DNA of 64,000 nucleotides, from the NCBI GenBank assembly GCA_029717555.1, contig JAMDHS010000038.1:1-64000 (forward strand), given 5' to 3'. Numbering within the stretch: position 1 is the first letter of the stretch; each line of letters begins with the position of its first letter. The position numbers and the translations under genes are program-made. A model generated the notes under the pieces. It saw only the letters and a program-made list of their open reading frames with translations, searched no databases and was not told the origin of the DNA. The DNA is from Peribolospora baueri. Taxonomy: Eukaryota. Below are positions 61,230 through 64,000 of this stretch, piece after piece.

Positions 61230-62991
61230 ATGCCAGACCCCGTCCCAATTCACGGCAACTTTCGCGGGTACTACTCCAAGCGCAGCGCCGCTGGTAGAGA
61301 CCCGAGGCTGTTGGACGAAAGGGTAGAGATGGTATTGCGGTACCTCTTGACCCGAGCGGCGCGAGGAGAGGAGGCAGAACCTGCGGTGGAGCACTTTGCA
61401 GGTGGATTAAAAGGAGAGGAGGTTGCGGAAGAGACGACATCGGCCTGTAAGGAAAGAAGGGGGAGAAAACGGCGTAGGATCAAACAAAGGGACGAGGGAA
61501 CGACTGCACCCGCCGAGGATCTTCATCCTACATCTGTGCCTGGCCTTGCCCGCACCCGCTCCAGCAAGGAGCGTCTTCGAGAGATTGGAAGAGGGATGCG
61601 AATCCTCGATGTCGGCTGCAACTCGGGTAAGGTTACCGTCGAGATAGGTGAGCCATTTCTGTTTCCTCTGGCCCTGTTTGGGCAATGTCTTCGGGGATGA
61701 ATGCGCGCTATTCGATCCGACTGGCCCGTCAGACTTTGTCCAAATGCTTAACTCAATCCACTCTTCATCACTCGTCTCCATTCGACTCACAGCCCGCACT
61801 CTCAGCCCAGCACACGTCCTTGGCGTCGACATTGATCCCGAACTGATTCGGTTTGCGCACAACCATCTCCGACTCGTCTGGTCGCGCATGAAGCCGGCTC
61901 AAGCTTCATGTTTCGTTTCCGTGACACAGGGTGAAGCGACGGTTGGGGACGAGCGTGGAGGGCGGCGAGAGTCGGGATATCAAGAGAAAGAAGAGACGAA
62001 GAGGGGGCGGCGGAAACGCAAGAGTTCGTCAAGCCGCCGAGGAGGAGAGGAAAAGCCAGAAGACGGCATAAACAGATCTCCGGAGCGGGACACGGCCGCA
62101 GAGGATTACAGAATCGACATGATATCCCTCTATTTTGCGGACGCCGAATACTTCCCGCTCTCGATGCCACGCATGTTCGGTCACCTCCCCTTGCCGTTCA
62201 AACCGCCCCAGCCTCAACTCAGGTCGGAGAAGACAGTCCAACGCTTTTCAGGCGGACAAGCCCATGGCGGAACGACGATGGCGGAGACGACGGCCGCATT
62301 TCCATACAACGTGTCTTTCAAAGCCGCTGATTGGGTCGAGCAACGTCTTCCGGAAGATGACCAGGGATATGACATCGTTCTCGGGTGCGCATCAAGCATC
62401 TGGCCGCTGCCTTTGACTCGGCCGGTCTGCTTGGTATCCGTGGCTTGCTGATATCCTTGCTGACCTTACATCCTTCACGCTCTCTCCCCCACCTGTCACC
62501 AGCCTTTCGCTCACCAAATGGATTCATCTCAATGGACTGGACCAGGGCCTGAAGAGATTTTTCCAGTGCGTTTTCAACGTGCTCAGACCGGGCGGGTTGT
62601 TCATCTTGGAGAGGCAGGAGTGGGCCAGTTATGGACAGGCAAGAAGGATTAGTGCAGTGAGTTTGACGGTGAAGAGCAAAGGATGAACGCGCGTACGCAC
62701 GGGTAATTTACATTGCCGATCCTTTCACACTCGGCCCTCAGGATCTTCGCCGGAACTACGACCGCCTCGAACTACGCCCGGACGACTTCGATCGTACATT
62801 GATCGACGAAGTCGGCTTCTCGGGTTGGGAAAGATTGGGCACTATACCGGGAAGAGGTGGGTTCAGCGGTAGAGACGTCTGTCTGTGGCTCATGACGGTC
62901 GCGTCTGACGTATGGCTTCCGTTTGGCTTTGGCTTGCCCAGGCTTTCGTCGCCCACTAGACGTCTTCATTAAAGGTGCTGAGAAGAATTAA
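61230..62991 (+). CDS. BIN3: Bin3/MePCE (Bmc1-like) RNA methylphosphate-capping methyltransferase
   Basis: HGNFRGYYSKR..DPRL, ILDVGCNSGKVTVEI|A, VLGVDIDPELI, FPYNVSFKAADWV, YDIVLG|LSLTKWIHLNGLDQGLKRFF, LRPGGLFILERQEWASY, LRPDDF, GFRRPL. Confidence 0.93.
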
Positions 62992-63671
62992 ATTGGCCTA
63001 GCTATTCTCCGAGCCAGTGGGCGACACTGCCGTTCGGATGATCCACCATGGCTTTGTCGATCGAAATGATGGACACGGGGGCTGCTCATAGACGGGAATT
63101 TGAGGTGCAGGGTCCGATGAATGGAGACAGTGAAGGTTCGCACCCCTTCTCCTCCACCGGCACCCTTGCCAGCCGAACCGCCATCCGCCTCCGCGATGGG
63201 AGCGCGCGCCATCGCTATAAACAGATTCGAGTACAAATGCAGCAGGGTAGTACGGACTTTAGACATTGTTCTGTTGCGCTCCAGACGCCGTGCGGAGCGC
63301 GATCGTGGTCTTTCGGTTGGGACGGTACCTCGAGCACCACGCGAGTACTGCCCGGATCTTCGTCGGCACGTATGCTTACCTTATCCGCCCCGCTTCGCAG
63401 TGCGCAGCGCGCTGTTCAACAATACGATGCGATGGCGAAGCGATGCGATGGTCCCGTCCGCCTCTCAGTCTCGAACAAAGCTTTCTAAGGCGGGGAAGAC
63501 ATCTGTGCACGGAAGGCCCATGAGACGTCATTGACCACGTAGACGAGACCTTCCTTCACGCTCACGAAGTCACATTATCAACTCCATCGACCATGTGACT
63601 GCTTATCTGGTAATGCGAGTCCGTGCACGTGATACCACTTCTAGGTTCATAGTCGTCGAGGTTTGGCTCGA

Positions 63672-64000
63672 ATGACGCAGCACCTTCAACCTTTAACCTG
63701 CCTAGAGAACGACGACAACGACGACGGTCACGGCAACAAGAGCGAAATCAGACCAATGACGCCCTACCAAGCCCTTCTTGCCCGCGTCCCTTCTGCAAAG
63801 CTTGACCCCGTCACCGGCGAGCCTCATCTCCCCATCCTCTTCCCTCCCCGACAAGCCTCAGCAGGGCGCATTGAGGCTGACGCCATGGAGAGAGGGCGAT
63901 GGTGTTGGTGAGCGGACGGTAGAAAGAAGGCCTTCTGGACGCCATGGCGGACGGCGACGCTGACCGACAGTCCTTCGTCCTTCGTCCTTTCTCCTAGCCA
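63672..64000 (+). CDS. 5' part of a probable GNAT (RimJ/RimL-type) acetyltransferase, truncated by the window end; apparent +1 frameshift
   Basis: DPVTGEPHLP (resembles N-termini I recall from basidiomycete GNATs), then LRLTPWREGD in the +1 frame; intron GTGAGC(63908)...CTAG(63997). Confidence 0.5.

Noticed and set aside
56747..64000. Secondary-metabolite cluster (LaeA-like MT, Bin3 MT, GNAT)
   Set aside because: No backbone enzyme is present in the window and Bin3 is an RNA-capping housekeeping gene; the adjacency is probably coincidental.

Overview
Eukaryotic DNA from an intron-rich fungus, most likely a basidiomycete (GT-AG introns with CTRAC-type branch points, microexons, basidiomycete-like 5S sequence). 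I reconstructed these housekeeping genes by hand: kynurenine aminotransferase (BNA3-like), DHHC palmitoyltransferase, importin-13/Mtr10-like karyopherin, guanine deaminase, GCK-III Ste20 kinase, mitochondrial oxaloacetate carrier OAC1, Msn2/Seb1-type C2H2 factor, Xaa-Pro aminopeptidase, LaeA-like methyltransferase, Bin3/MePCE methyltransferase and the start of a GNAT. There are also three long low-complexity proteins (two single-pass membrane) and a solitary 5S rRNA gene. Two non-housekeeping patches stand out. (i) At about 42.1-44.2 kb an intronless, multiply frameshifted multi-pass membrane gene is bracketed by inverted ~90-bp copies of a gag-like fragment; one copy runs into a CCHC zinc knuckle, and an AT-rich perfect palindrome lies beside the gene. 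(ii) At 59233-59377 a 145-nt near-perfect fold-back sits at the 3' end of an orphan ORF. I cannot demonstrate a new biological system from sequence alone; these two loci are the best leads. All gene models are manual and unverified by RNA-seq or database search.
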